A stretch of 64,000 nucleotides of DNA from a virus (Duplodnaviria > Caudoviricetes): IMG/VR virus record IMGVR_UViG_3300020399_000003, positions 1-64,000 of that record, one strand, 5' to 3'. The notes under the pieces were generated by a model, which saw only the letters and a program-made list of their open reading frames with translations, had not been told where the DNA came from and searched no databases. The translations under genes and the position numbers were made by a program. The first letter of the stretch is position 1. Each line of letters begins with the position of its first letter. Shown piece by piece: positions 8,010 to 17,939 of the stretch.

Positions 8010-9134
8010 ATGTCTAATGACTTAGAAGGACAATTACTTAAAGCTAAGATAGAGATCATGACTAAGTCAGCATTCATATCTACTATAGCTCTTAGTCTTA
8101 AACATGTAATTACTCCTGATGTCAAAACAGCCGATGTTAATGGCGTAGTTATTAGATATAACCCCGAATTTATTGGAGCACAATCAACTGCTCAATTAGC
8201 TGGGCTTATGGCCCATGAATGTTGGCATGTAGCCTTCCAGCATTTATCACGTAGAAACGATAGAGATCCTATTCTTTGGAATGTAGCAGGAGATTACGTT
8301 ATTAATCATATGCTAATGAAAGCAGGATTCCAGATACCTACTGGAGGTCTAATCGATGCTCAATACGATGAAACATGGTCTACTGATCAAGTATATGACC
8401 ATTTAAAGAAAGACCATCATACCCCAAATCCTGAAACATTAATGTTAGATCTAAATGAAGATGGAGCACCAGAAGATGCAGGTATTGGTTCACCACTAAT
8501 AAGTATAATAGTAAGAGCCAAACAAGCAGCTGAAATGTCTGGTGAAGCAAAAAGGGGTCTTGTTCCAGATGAGATTCTAAGACGAATAGATGAGCTATTA
8601 AATCCTAAACTACCCTGGCAAGTTATATTGCATAAATTTCTAGATCGCAGAGTTAAAGAAGAATATTCTTGGGCTAGACGTAATAGACGATATCACGCAG
8701 ATACATATCTACCTAGTTTACATAGTTATGGGTTAGGTCACCTAACCTTTGCAATCGACACTAGTGGCAGTATTGAAGATAAAGCACTTCAAGAAATGCT
8801 TAGTGAAATACAAGGTGTTCAACAAATATTTACCCCAGAAAGAATGACAATCATTGATTGTGATGCAGTAATTCATAAAATTCATGATGTAGATCAATCT
8901 ACAAATATTTTAAATTTAGAATTTGCTGGAGGGGGAGGAACTAGCTTCTGGCCTGTTCTAGACTATGTAGAAGAACACCCCACACAAGCATTAATTTATT
9001 TTACTGATTTAGAGGGGGAGACTGATCTTGATCCAGTAAACTACCCAGTTATTTGGGTATGTACATCTAATCATGAACCCTCACCAATCGGAGAGACTGT
9101 TTATGTCAACCCAGAGCACTATAATTCTGATTAA
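8010..9134 (+). CDS. metallopeptidase-like + vWA domain protein (N4 gp25-like, DUF2201 type)
   Basis: HECWH (HExxH), NVAGDYVIN, IDTSGS MIDAS, GGGGT. Confidence 0.9.
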   Translation: MSNDLEGQLLKAKIEIMTKSAFISTIALSLKHVITPDVKTADVNGVVIRYNPEFIGAQSTAQLAGLMAHECWHVAFQHLSRRNDRDPILWNVAGDYVINHMLMKAGFQIPTGGLIDAQYDETWSTDQVYDHLKKDHHTPNPETLMLDLNEDGAPEDAGIGSPLISIIVRAKQAAEMSGEAKRGLVPDEILRRIDELLNPKLPWQVILHKFLDRRVKEEYSWARRNRRYHADTYLPSLHSYGLGHLTFAIDTSGSIEDKALQEMLSEIQGVQQIFTPERMTIIDCDAVIHKIHDVDQSTNILNLEFAGGGGTSFWPVLDYVEEHPTQALIYFTDLEGETDLDPVNYPVIWVCTSNHEPSPIGETVYVNPEHYNSD

Positions 9135-11517
9135 AGAAGATGCCTGTATCACAACAGAAATTCAAAACTATTATCTAAACAAACTTCGTAATGAAGGAAT
9201 CTCACCAGATGAAGTACTCGTACTACCTCTTCTGTATAACACCCCTACCAAAATTATAGCTAAAACAGCTAAAGCTTATCTCGACAAGTTAATTCATAAG
9301 ATCCCGACAAGTGTATCTAAATTAATTATTGCAGATAGCAGTTATTTTAAATTTATTACTAAAGTAAATAAAGTGTCTGATGCTTATTGTCAGATATTAC
9401 GTGGAAAATACACAGGATATGAAAAATACCAATGTGTATATGTTCCTAATTATAAATCTTTATTTAAACAACCAGAGAACAAAAGATTAATTGATCTCGG
9501 TATTGAAACACTAATGGGTGTTTATACTGGAGATGGTTTAAATATATCAGCTGAATATGGTTTTAAACACGGATCTGATAGAGAGATACTCGATTCATTA
9601 TATAAATATCCGGTCTTATCAGCAGACATAGAAACTAGAGGACTAGATCTAGATTCAGAAATAGTATCCATTGCGTTTGCATGGTCCACGTTTGATGGCG
9701 TAGCTATCGATTTATCTATTAATGGTGATTACTATTTAAAGAAATTCTTTGAATCGTACAAAGGCCAGTTAATATTTCATAATGGCTTATTTGATGCCAA
9801 GTTACTTATCAAAAGTCTATGGATGGAACATCCTACAGATAGAGCAGGTATGCTCGAAGGTCTTAATTATTTTAAGAACTTTGATGACACTATGATCATG
9901 GCTTATTTAGCTAAGAATGCCACTACCGGTACATCACTTGGTTTAAAAAATCTAGCTCTGGAATTTGCAGGGTATTACGCTCTTGAACATATTGAAGATT
10001 TAAGTAGATATAGTAAGAAAGAACTTCTTAAATATAATCTTATAGATGCATTATCAACTTTTTATTGTTGGGAACAATATCATGACCAATTAGATTCTCG
10101 TCCATATAAAGAAATATTTCAGCCTAGTTTCGTAACATTATTAAAAATGATGTTAGTAGGCTTACCAATGGATTCTAATCGTGTAGACGAAGTTCACACA
10201 ATTTTAAAATCTAAAGAAAAAGTTCTACTAGAACAAATACAAGAAAATAACCACGTAAAAAATTTCACTAAAATATTACAAGAAACAGCATGTACAACTG
10301 CTAATTCTAAACTTAAAAAATTAGTTAAAACAATAGAACAATTTTACGATGTTAAGTTCAATCCAAGTAGTCATCAACAGTTAGCTCTTTTATTATTTGG
10401 TCATTTACAATTACCTATTTTAGATAAAACTAAATCAGGAGCACCAGCTACTAGTGCAGATGTATTAAAAGATTTAGCTAACCATACACAAGACGTAGAA
10501 ATAATAGATCTACTTAAGTTTGTTACAGACTTAGCAGACGTTACGAAGATTAATGGAACATTTATTAAAGCTTTCCTAAAAGAGAAGAATTTCCTACATG
10601 GAAATTTGAAACTTGGTGGTACTCAATCTGGAAGGTTGGCAAGTAACTCACCTAACTTGACCAATCTTCCCGCTCATGGGCCTATGGGCAAACTAATCAA
10701 GAGCTGTATTGTAGCTCCTGATGGTTGGCTATTTGCAGGAGCAGACTTTGCTGCTCTTGAAGAACGTATTGGAGCAATACTAAGTAACGATCCTAATAGA
10801 ATTAAAGTATATACCGATGGTATGGATGGGCATTCAATGAGAGCTTACAAATACTTCTCAGATCAAATGCCAGATATCGATCCTAACGATGTAGATAGCA
10901 TTAATTCAATCCAAATTAAATATCCTGAGCTGAGACGGAAGTCTAAAGGTCCAACCTTCGCCCTACAATATATGGGCACAGCTCATACCTTACATAAGCG
11001 TACTGGCTTTCCTAAAGACCAAGCTAAACAAATCTATGATGCTTTTCATGAATTATATAAAGTTTCTGGTGATTTTAATAATCAGAATAGAAAATTTATG
11101 GAAGAGCATGGTTATGTTGAATGTGCATTTGGTCTTAAACTGCAAACACCAATTATAACTAAATGTATAATGGGTAATTCAATTACTCCTTATGAAGCAG
11201 ATAAAGAAGCGCGTAGTGCTAATAATGCTGTTACTCAATCTTGGGGCATGCTACTCAATAGAGCTATGAATGCCACTAATAAACGCATTGAAGAAGCAGG
11301 ATATGGAACAGATATTCTTCCCTGTAACATGATTCATGATGCAGGTTACTTTATTGTAAGAGATACACCTGAACATATTAAATTTTTAAATGATGTTCTT
11401 ATTGAAGAAATGGAATGGAATGATGATGATGCAATTAGATCAACTGATGTCCCAATGTGTGCTCAATTAGAAATTGGCAAATCATGGGATAAATTAACCC
11501 CAATTGGAGAAATATGA
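9103..11517 (+). CDS. family A DNA polymerase with 3'-5' exonuclease (N4-like)
   Basis: ExoI DIET, ExoII HNGLFD, ExoIII YNLIDA; pol motifs ADFAALEER, RRKSKGPTFALQY, IHDA; GGAGAG before ATG 9103. Confidence 0.95.
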   Translation: MSTQSTIILIKEDACITTEIQNYYLNKLRNEGISPDEVLVLPLLYNTPTKIIAKTAKAYLDKLIHKIPTSVSKLIIADSSYFKFITKVNKVSDAYCQILRGKYTGYEKYQCVYVPNYKSLFKQPENKRLIDLGIETLMGVYTGDGLNISAEYGFKHGSDREILDSLYKYPVLSADIETRGLDLDSEIVSIAFAWSTFDGVAIDLSINGDYYLKKFFESYKGQLIFHNGLFDAKLLIKSLWMEHPTDRAGMLEGLNYFKNFDDTMIMAYLAKNATTGTSLGLKNLALEFAGYYALEHIEDLSRYSKKELLKYNLIDALSTFYCWEQYHDQLDSRPYKEIFQPSFVTLLKMMLVGLPMDSNRVDEVHTILKSKEKVLLEQIQENNHVKNFTKILQETACTTANSKLKKLVKTIEQFYDVKFNPSSHQQLALLLFGHLQLPILDKTKSGAPATSADVLKDLANHTQDVEIIDLLKFVTDLADVTKINGTFIKAFLKEKNFLHGNLKLGGTQSGRLASNSPNLTNLPAHGPMGKLIKSCIVAPDGWLFAGADFAALEERIGAILSNDPNRIKVYTDGMDGHSMRAYKYFSDQMPDIDPNDVDSINSIQIKYPELRRKSKGPTFALQYMGTAHTLHKRTGFPKDQAKQIYDAFHELYKVSGDFNNQNRKFMEEHGYVECAFGLKLQTPIITKCIMGNSITPYEADKEARSANNAVTQSWGMLLNRAMNATNKRIEEAGYGTDILPCNMIHDAGYFIVRDTPEHIKFLNDVLIEEMEWNDDDAIRSTDVPMCAQLEIGKSWDKLTPIGEI

Positions 11518-12803
11518 ATTACACCCCAGATCAAGTATCAGCTATTAATGGTGTAACGGATTTACTCTTAGATCCTACATCCCATAAGTCTGCTGTACTT
11601 GCAGTGCTTACCGGAGCAGCAGGTACCGGAAAAACTACTGTTATCGGGCAAATTATGAACGCTATTAGTAAAAAACAACCCCATACACCTATATCTTTAT
11701 GTGCAACAACTCATAGAGCAGCTGAAGTATTAGAAAATATAGTTCATTATCCTGTATCAACAGGGCATGCTTTATTTAAACTACGTCCTAGTATTACTAA
11801 ACATGGTAAAGAAATTCTTAAACGTGTAGGTATATGTGAAATACCATTTGAATCAATTGTTATTCTTGATGAATCATCAATGATTGGTAATAAATTTTTA
11901 GAAGCAATTGTTGATATAGTTCAATACAGAAATTTAAAAGTATTATTTGTTGGAGATTATTTTCAACTCCCTCCACCTAAAGATGCATGTAGCATATTTG
12001 ATGGATCATTAGCTACATTCCCACTAACTACAGTACATAGACAAGCATTAGGTAATCCTATCTTAGCTAAAGCTACTGAGTTTGTAGAACATATTAAAGG
12101 AGGTCCTAAACCTACTATTCAAACTACTTTGAATATAAAAGGTGAAGGCATCCATGTGCTACCACATTCAGAGTTCGTAACTAAATTTGTAGAACGGTAT
12201 ATGGACTATGAAACAGGAGCACAAGTAGATATTCCACTATGTACTTATACAAATGATTCTGCAATTAATTATAATAGTATGATTCGTAAAGCAGCTTACT
12301 TTTTAGAAGAAGATACTATTAAACCTTATTACTCAGGTGAACGATTAATTTCTAATAATGTAGTACTAGATGGAGAACATACAATATTAACTAATAATGA
12401 AGCAATTCATGTCCTTAGTTATACAGAAACTGAAAAATATGCTATCCCAGGCTATACTATTCGAGTTAAAGGAGACTACTGTAAGCATACAGGAACTGAT
12501 ACAAAAACTGTATTTGCTCCTCAATCTAAAGCAGTAGCTGAAAATATATTAGCTGTCCATAGAGAGACAGCTAAGAAAGCAAATCGTGCAACTGAGTGGC
12601 ATAAATTCTATCAGATTAAAAATTCTTTAGCTGATTTACGTCCACCATTTGCAGGAACAACTCACAAAGCTCAAGGTGGAACCTTCCCAGCTGTATTTAT
12701 AGATAAACTTAATATTGATAAATGTCGTGATGCAGTTACTAAAGCACGACTATTCTATGTAGCTCTTACTAGAGCAACTACTAATGTGTACATAAACAGT
12801 TAG
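11514..12803 (+). CDS. SF1 (RecD/Dda-like) DNA helicase
   Basis: GAAGTGKT, DESSM, GDYFQLPP, TTHKAQG, YVALTRA. Confidence 0.93.
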   Translation: MNYTPDQVSAINGVTDLLLDPTSHKSAVLAVLTGAAGTGKTTVIGQIMNAISKKQPHTPISLCATTHRAAEVLENIVHYPVSTGHALFKLRPSITKHGKEILKRVGICEIPFESIVILDESSMIGNKFLEAIVDIVQYRNLKVLFVGDYFQLPPPKDACSIFDGSLATFPLTTVHRQALGNPILAKATEFVEHIKGGPKPTIQTTLNIKGEGIHVLPHSEFVTKFVERYMDYETGAQVDIPLCTYTNDSAINYNSMIRKAAYFLEEDTIKPYYSGERLISNNVVLDGEHTILTNNEAIHVLSYTETEKYAIPGYTIRVKGDYCKHTGTDTKTVFAPQSKAVAENILAVHRETAKKANRATEWHKFYQIKNSLADLRPPFAGTTHKAQGGTFPAVFIDKLNIDKCRDAVTKARLFYVALTRATTNVYINS

Positions 12804-12812
12804 GAGATAAAT

Positions 12813-12989
12813 ATGGCAATGATGTACGGTGACATTGATAAATCAAAACAAAAACGTAATGATTTAGATATTATAATTAAAAATTTACAAGATTTAGTAG
12901 ATAACACTGATTTTTTCGAAAGACCAGATTTAGAAAAATATGCATGGACAGCATTAGAAACTGCACAAAAATTAAGAAAGGAAATGTAA
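12813..12989 (+). CDS. small hypothetical protein (58 aa)
   Basis: Read by eye: MAMMYGDIDKSK...KLRKEM, AGGAG RBS, fills the gap between helicase and nuclease. Confidence 0.6.
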   Translation: MAMMYGDIDKSKQKRNDLDIIIKNLQDLVDNTDFFERPDLEKYAWTALETAQKLRKEM

Positions 12990-13985
12990 ATGGCATTTGA
13001 ATACACAAATAAACTTAATATCTCTTTACCATTAGCTGTATTTCTTATGTATGACAGCTATGATCACGATCAGCGTGATAATGTCATTAGCGCTACTGGA
13101 CTATTAAGACCTATTAAACAACTAGTATTAACTCAACAAAACAAACATCTAGATACAATTAAAGATGTTAGTGACCTAGTAGCTGCCCGGATGGGTACTG
13201 CTATTCACGATGCTTGTGAAAAATCTTGGTCTAATCGTAATAATGTATTAGAAGCTCTTAAATTAATGGGAGCAGCTGATGGTGTTGTTGATAGTATTAG
13301 AGTCAATCCAGAAGATCCTGACTCATTAGAAGAAGGGCATCTAGCAATTTATGTAGAACAACGAGCTGAAAAAGAAATTATGGATATGATTGTATCAGGT
13401 AAATACGATTTAGTATTAGATGGTCAATTAAGTGACTATAAATCTACTTCTGTATGGACATATATTTACGGTAGTAAAGTAGAGGACTATATTAAACAAG
13501 GTAGTATTTATAAATGGTTAAGCCCAAGTAAAATTACAGGCGATACAGTCACTATTCATTATATATTCACAGATTGGTCAGCTAGTGCAGCTAGAAATGA
13601 TCCTAAACGATATCCTCAACAACGAATTCTCTCTAAAGAATACCCATTATGGAGCATAGAAGAGACTGAAAATTGGATCAAGAACAAACTAGAACTTTAT
13701 CAAACACTTGCACACTCTTCTCAAGAAGAATTGCCAGAATGTACTGATGAAGAGCTATGGGCCACAGAGACTAAATATAAATATTATAAAAATCCTGAAA
13801 AAACTCTAAAATCTACTAAAAATTTCAGTACAATGGATGCAGCACTAATCAAAAAAGCGGAAGACGGTAACGTTGGAATTATTAAAGAAGTTCCAGGAGA
13901 AGTTAGAGCTTGTCAATATTGCCCCGTAGCACAGATTTGTACACAGGCTGAATTAATGCAGGCAAGTGGACGACTATTACTATAG
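12990..13985 (+). CDS. PD-(D/E)XK (Cas4-like) exonuclease, N4-like
   Basis: GTAIHD, SGKYDLV..LSDYKST, C-terminal RACQYCPVAQIC. Confidence 0.85.
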   Translation: MAFEYTNKLNISLPLAVFLMYDSYDHDQRDNVISATGLLRPIKQLVLTQQNKHLDTIKDVSDLVAARMGTAIHDACEKSWSNRNNVLEALKLMGAADGVVDSIRVNPEDPDSLEEGHLAIYVEQRAEKEIMDMIVSGKYDLVLDGQLSDYKSTSVWTYIYGSKVEDYIKQGSIYKWLSPSKITGDTVTIHYIFTDWSASAARNDPKRYPQQRILSKEYPLWSIEETENWIKNKLELYQTLAHSSQEELPECTDEELWATETKYKYYKNPEKTLKSTKNFSTMDAALIKKAEDGNVGIIKEVPGEVRACQYCPVAQICTQAELMQASGRLLL

Positions 13986-14065
13986 GGGAGTACTATACAT
14001 TTTAACGGACTCGGCCTTTCTCTGGGGGCACGTGTAGGCTGTTAAAGATGTGTAGTGCTCCTTTT
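13985..14065 (+). other. long intergenic stem-loop
   Basis: GGAGTACTATACATTTTAAC pairs with GTTAAAGATGTGTAGTGCTCC; T-run follows. Confidence 0.6.
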
Positions 14066-14082
14066 TAGAGAAAGGTGAAATA

Positions 14083-14481
14083 ATGATTCATGGTGTAAAA
14101 ATTTATAAGGGAGACGGAACTTTAAAGGAAGAGATATCGAGTGAAAAAGCTAGAGAATTATATAATGATAGGAATAGAAGTGATTGGGAGTTATCTGATA
14201 CTCAAAGACTTCACTGGGACAGGCAAAAGCTTATTCAGAATCCTAAGGAGCCATATAAGACACAAGGCTTACAGCCGGGGATTGACCGTAATTACAAAAG
14301 GCATAAAGCGGTTTATAAAATAATATGTAAAATTTGTAAAACAGAAAAATTAATGGCTAATCAAAATGCTAAATTTTGTAGTTCTAAATGCCAAAGTATT
14401 CAGAGAAATTTAAAAGCAAAAAAACTTTACCAAACACGACAGAAATTCAAGAATTTTAATATAAAAAAAGTGCATCTATAG
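14083..14481 (+). CDS. hypothetical protein with CxxC...CxxxC zinc finger
   Basis: CKICK...KFCSSKC. Confidence 0.6.
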   Translation: MIHGVKIYKGDGTLKEEISSEKARELYNDRNRSDWELSDTQRLHWDRQKLIQNPKEPYKTQGLQPGIDRNYKRHKAVYKIICKICKTEKLMANQNAKFCSSKCQSIQRNLKAKKLYQTRQKFKNFNIKKVHL

Positions 14482-14583
14482 CCTAGCTCTGATCACATTG
14501 AGTTGTTGAGTTTCAGCTTGTGAAGGGAAAAAAAGACAATGTGTATGCAGCTATAGATGCATTTACTTTTACGAGGTGCCAGC

Positions 14584-14826
14584 ATGCCAATGAAAAAATT
14601 CAAAATAACATTTAATCAAGTTGTTGAAGCAGAGACTGAAAAAGATGCAATAGAATGGTTACTTACTTATTTACATGTAACTGTAAAACACGAAGAAATT
14701 GATGATGGATTTAAAATTGAATTACTTGATTGTCCCAACAAGCTAGAACCCAAGACAGATCACTTACCCGAAAAAGCCCGTAAAACAATACAAGAAAAAT
14801 ATGGCCTAGGCCGATCAGAAGCATAG
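14584..14826 (+). CDS. hypothetical protein
   Basis: GAGGTG before ATG 14584. Confidence 0.55.
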   Translation: MPMKKFKITFNQVVEAETEKDAIEWLLTYLHVTVKHEEIDDGFKIELLDCPNKLEPKTDHLPEKARKTIQEKYGLGRSEA

Positions 14827-14833
14827 TAACTTT

Positions 14834-14909
14834 GCCCTTGTAACTCAAATGGTAGAGTAACTGATGATTAAATCGGTAGTTGGTGGTTCAAATCCACCCA
14901 AGGGCCCCA
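14834..14909 (+). tRNA. tRNA(-like) gene with atypical 8-nt anticodon loop, C73, encoded CCA; isotype undetermined
   Basis: Acceptor GCCCTTG/CAAGGGC, D stem ACTC/GAGT, anticodon stem ACTGA/TCGGT with loop TGATTAAA, T arm GGTGG-TTCAAAT-CCACC. Confidence 0.8.
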
Positions 14910-14926
14910 TTATTAAAGGAAATATT

Positions 14927-15331
14927 ATGAATACACATGGACAACATCAAATGAGTCTTGGTGCAATTATTAAAGCAATAAGTAAATACGATATTCATTT
15001 ACCTGTATATTTAGATACAGCAGCTAAAGAAAGCCCAGGTACTCCTCATAGTTATAAAGATTACGCTAAAGATTTAGCATTCGAACCTACTACAAATATA
15101 GTACTAGCAGGAGACTTTGTTTCTGTACTAGCATCTTGCGTAGATAAATCATTTATGGGTTTTGAAGACTCAGATGGATTTTATGCAGATAAAATAATGC
15201 GTATTAACACTCCATGCTGGATATCCCCAATGGATACAGCAAGTAATCTTGGTATTACTGATGTATTACATAATGGAACTAATATTCTAATTATTACAAA
15301 ACTAATGCCAGAGGAGGTGAGTGATGCATGA
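14927..15331 (+). CDS. hypothetical protein
   Basis: AAAGGA before ATG 14927; ORF-track start lies inside the tRNA. Confidence 0.65.
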   Translation: MNTHGQHQMSLGAIIKAISKYDIHLPVYLDTAAKESPGTPHSYKDYAKDLAFEPTTNIVLAGDFVSVLASCVDKSFMGFEDSDGFYADKIMRINTPCWISPMDTASNLGITDVLHNGTNILIITKLMPEEVSDA

Positions 15332-15485
15332 TGATGTACCTTTAAATACTATACAAAAATTAAAATATATAGAAGTTATATTATCTGACGAAGGAGACAT
15401 TACAGATCAAGTTTTAATAGATGTAGCTATTCAATTTACAAGAGAATTACAGGAGATAGAAAATGCAAGATCACGAAATGACTGA
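15324..15485 (+). CDS. small hypothetical protein (53 aa)
   Basis: Read by eye: MHDDVPLNT...NARSRND, GGAGGT RBS. Confidence 0.55.
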   Translation: MHDDVPLNTIQKLKYIEVILSDEGDITDQVLIDVAIQFTRELQEIENARSRND

Positions 15486-15768
15486 TGTTGAAATTATAAA
15501 AGATAGAGAAGAAAAGTATGGTCCTCCAAAAGAATGCTTTGAGACATGGGCAACTATCTGCGCAGCATTAGATGACTATGCAAAAGAATCCCCCTGGGAA
15601 AATAAAGCTCATCTATATTCATTAAAGATGGCAGCTTTAAAAATGGTTCGATCCGTATGGAACCCATACACAGACGATAACTACGCAGATGGAAGAAACT
15701 ATTTCAGTATCGCTCAACTATGTAGCAGAGATGCCTTAGCCCAAAAAAGAGCAGGAGAAGAAGTATGA
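15463..15768 (+). CDS. DUF6378-like phage protein
   Basis: REEKYG...F..W, MAALKMVR, DNYADGRNY pattern. Confidence 0.65.
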   Translation: MQDHEMTDVEIIKDREEKYGPPKECFETWATICAALDDYAKESPWENKAHLYSLKMAALKMVRSVWNPYTDDNYADGRNYFSIAQLCSRDALAQKRAGEEV

Positions 15769-17939
15769 CAAAAAAGAAGTACCATCCGTTTTCAGAACAG
15801 ATTGTCGATATCCTTGTTAGAAAAGTCAACAATGATAATCGACATTTTTTTCGTATTCTAGTTGGATATTACTTATCTAAAGTAGCATCGATGATGCGAT
15901 GTAATATTCAAACTAATGATAGAGATGTCATTCCAGTTAATACTTATGTATTAAATTTAATGGTATCAGGTACCGGTAAAGGTCATTCAACTAATATTTT
16001 AGAACGTGAGTTCGTATCTCATTTTAAAAAAGAGTTCTTAAACTCAGTATTCCCTAGAAAAGCAGAAGAGAACATTGAAGTTCTAGCTCAAGAAAGAGCT
16101 CAAGCTCGAATAACGAGTGGACAATCTATTCTTCCATTAACTGAAGAATACGCAATTCAAAAAGATAGGTTCACACATCATTTTGATCGATTAGGAGAAC
16201 TAGCATTTAGTTTTGATAGTGGTACTTCACCAGCTGTTAAACAAATGCGAGAGAAATTACTATTAGCTTCTGCAGGTTCAATGAATCTAGAACTAGATGA
16301 AGTTGGATCTAATATGTCTGCTAATGTAGATGTTCTTAATACATTTCTAGAATTATATGACATAGGCTTAATCAAACAAAAGCTTATTAAGAACACGCCA
16401 GAGAATATTCGATCTGAAGAACTGCCAGGCAATACACCTACTAATCTAATGATGTTTGGTACTCCAACTAAATTATTGGATGGTGGACGTGTTGAAGATG
16501 AATTTAAACAATTCTTAGAAACAGGTTACGCACGTAGATTACTATTTGGCTACACAGTTGATAGTCATAGAACTCAATATGCATCAGCTGAAGAACGCTA
16601 TGCTGAGATGGTAGACATTAATCTAGCTACTAGTATTCATACTATACAAACTGCATTTAGTAACTTTGCAAAAAGACCATTTAATCCTGTATTACAGATG
16701 TCTAAGGATAACTCTATTTATTTAATTAAATATCAAATGAAATGCGAAGCAACAGCAGATCAATTTAAAGACCATATGGCTTTACATAAAGCAGAGATGA
16801 GTCATAGACATTATAAAAGTCTTAAATTAGCAGGTGCTTATGCATATGCTGATAATTCTCCAGATGTAACACAAGATCACCTAGATTACGCCATTAGTGT
16901 AGTAGAAGATTCTGGTGAAGCTTTTCATCTACTAATGCGTAAACAAGGACCCTATGAGCGTTTAGCTCATTACTTAGCTGATTGTGATAATGAAGTTACT
17001 CAACATGAACTAATTGAAGAACTACCATTCTATAAAGGCTCTGAATCCCAGCGTAAAGATCTAATGACACTAGCAATGTCCTTTGGCTATAAGAATAATA
17101 TTATTATTAAGAGACGAGCCATTGATGATATCGAATTCTTTATTGGTGAAACACTAATAGAAACTAGCTTAGATAAGTTAACTACTTCTATTAGTAAAGA
17201 TATTGCACATGATTATGTTCTTGAGCATCCACCATTCGATAAACTCCATAAGCTTACAACTGCTGATGGGTATCACTATGCAGCACATGCATTTATTAAT
17301 GGACATCGTAAAAGTGAAAATGCTATTGCAGGATTTGATCTTTTAATTCTAGATTGTGATGGCGATGTAAGTATATCTACAGTTAAAGTTTTATTAGAAG
17401 ACTACAATTTTCTAATCTCAACAACTAAACGACATACACCTGAACTAAATCGATTTAGATTAATACTTCCGTTATCTCATAAGCTAAAGTTATCTTCAGA
17501 TGAGTATTCAAGATTTATGACTAATGTATTCGAATGGTTACCATTCCCAGTAGATGAAGCTGCTAAAGATATTGCACGAAAGTGGGCATCACACCCAGGG
17601 CACTATGAATACAATCAAGGTAGTGTTATAGATGCAACAATGTTTATTCCAGAAACTAAACGTTCTGATGAGACCAAAGCACAAATCAGTGCAGCAGGTA
17701 TGAATAATATTGAACGATGGTTCAGAACTCATACATCTCAAGGTAACAGAGCTAATCATTTATACAGATATGGCATGGTAATGATAGACTCAGGAATGCA
17801 TCTAGGTGAAATTGTGGAAAAGCTAGAAAGCTTTAATCATTCACTAGCAGTTCCCTTACCAGAAGATCAATTTATGAACAGTACAGTTAAATCTATCAGT
17901 AAAGAACTAACTAAAAGAGGATTAATAGATGAACAATAA
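15765..17939 (+). CDS. N4-like DNA primase (gp43-like)
   Basis: SGTGKG, DEVGSNM, LDCDG, TTKRH..RFRLILP, C-terminal GNRANHLYRY; position before AAA/SSB. Confidence 0.88.
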   Translation: MTKKKYHPFSEQIVDILVRKVNNDNRHFFRILVGYYLSKVASMMRCNIQTNDRDVIPVNTYVLNLMVSGTGKGHSTNILEREFVSHFKKEFLNSVFPRKAEENIEVLAQERAQARITSGQSILPLTEEYAIQKDRFTHHFDRLGELAFSFDSGTSPAVKQMREKLLLASAGSMNLELDEVGSNMSANVDVLNTFLELYDIGLIKQKLIKNTPENIRSEELPGNTPTNLMMFGTPTKLLDGGRVEDEFKQFLETGYARRLLFGYTVDSHRTQYASAEERYAEMVDINLATSIHTIQTAFSNFAKRPFNPVLQMSKDNSIYLIKYQMKCEATADQFKDHMALHKAEMSHRHYKSLKLAGAYAYADNSPDVTQDHLDYAISVVEDSGEAFHLLMRKQGPYERLAHYLADCDNEVTQHELIEELPFYKGSESQRKDLMTLAMSFGYKNNIIIKRRAIDDIEFFIGETLIETSLDKLTTSISKDIAHDYVLEHPPFDKLHKLTTADGYHYAAHAFINGHRKSENAIAGFDLLILDCDGDVSISTVKVLLEDYNFLISTTKRHTPELNRFRLILPLSHKLKLSSDEYSRFMTNVFEWLPFPVDEAAKDIARKWASHPGHYEYNQGSVIDATMFIPETKRSDETKAQISAAGMNNIERWFRTHTSQGNRANHLYRYGMVMIDSGMHLGEIVEKLESFNHSLAVPLPEDQFMNSTVKSISKELTKRGLIDEQ

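Noticed and set aside
12990-13985. Cas4-like nuclease as part of a CRISPR-Cas system
   Set aside because: This nuclease is a usual member of the N4-like replication block and lies 5 kb from the RAMP module.
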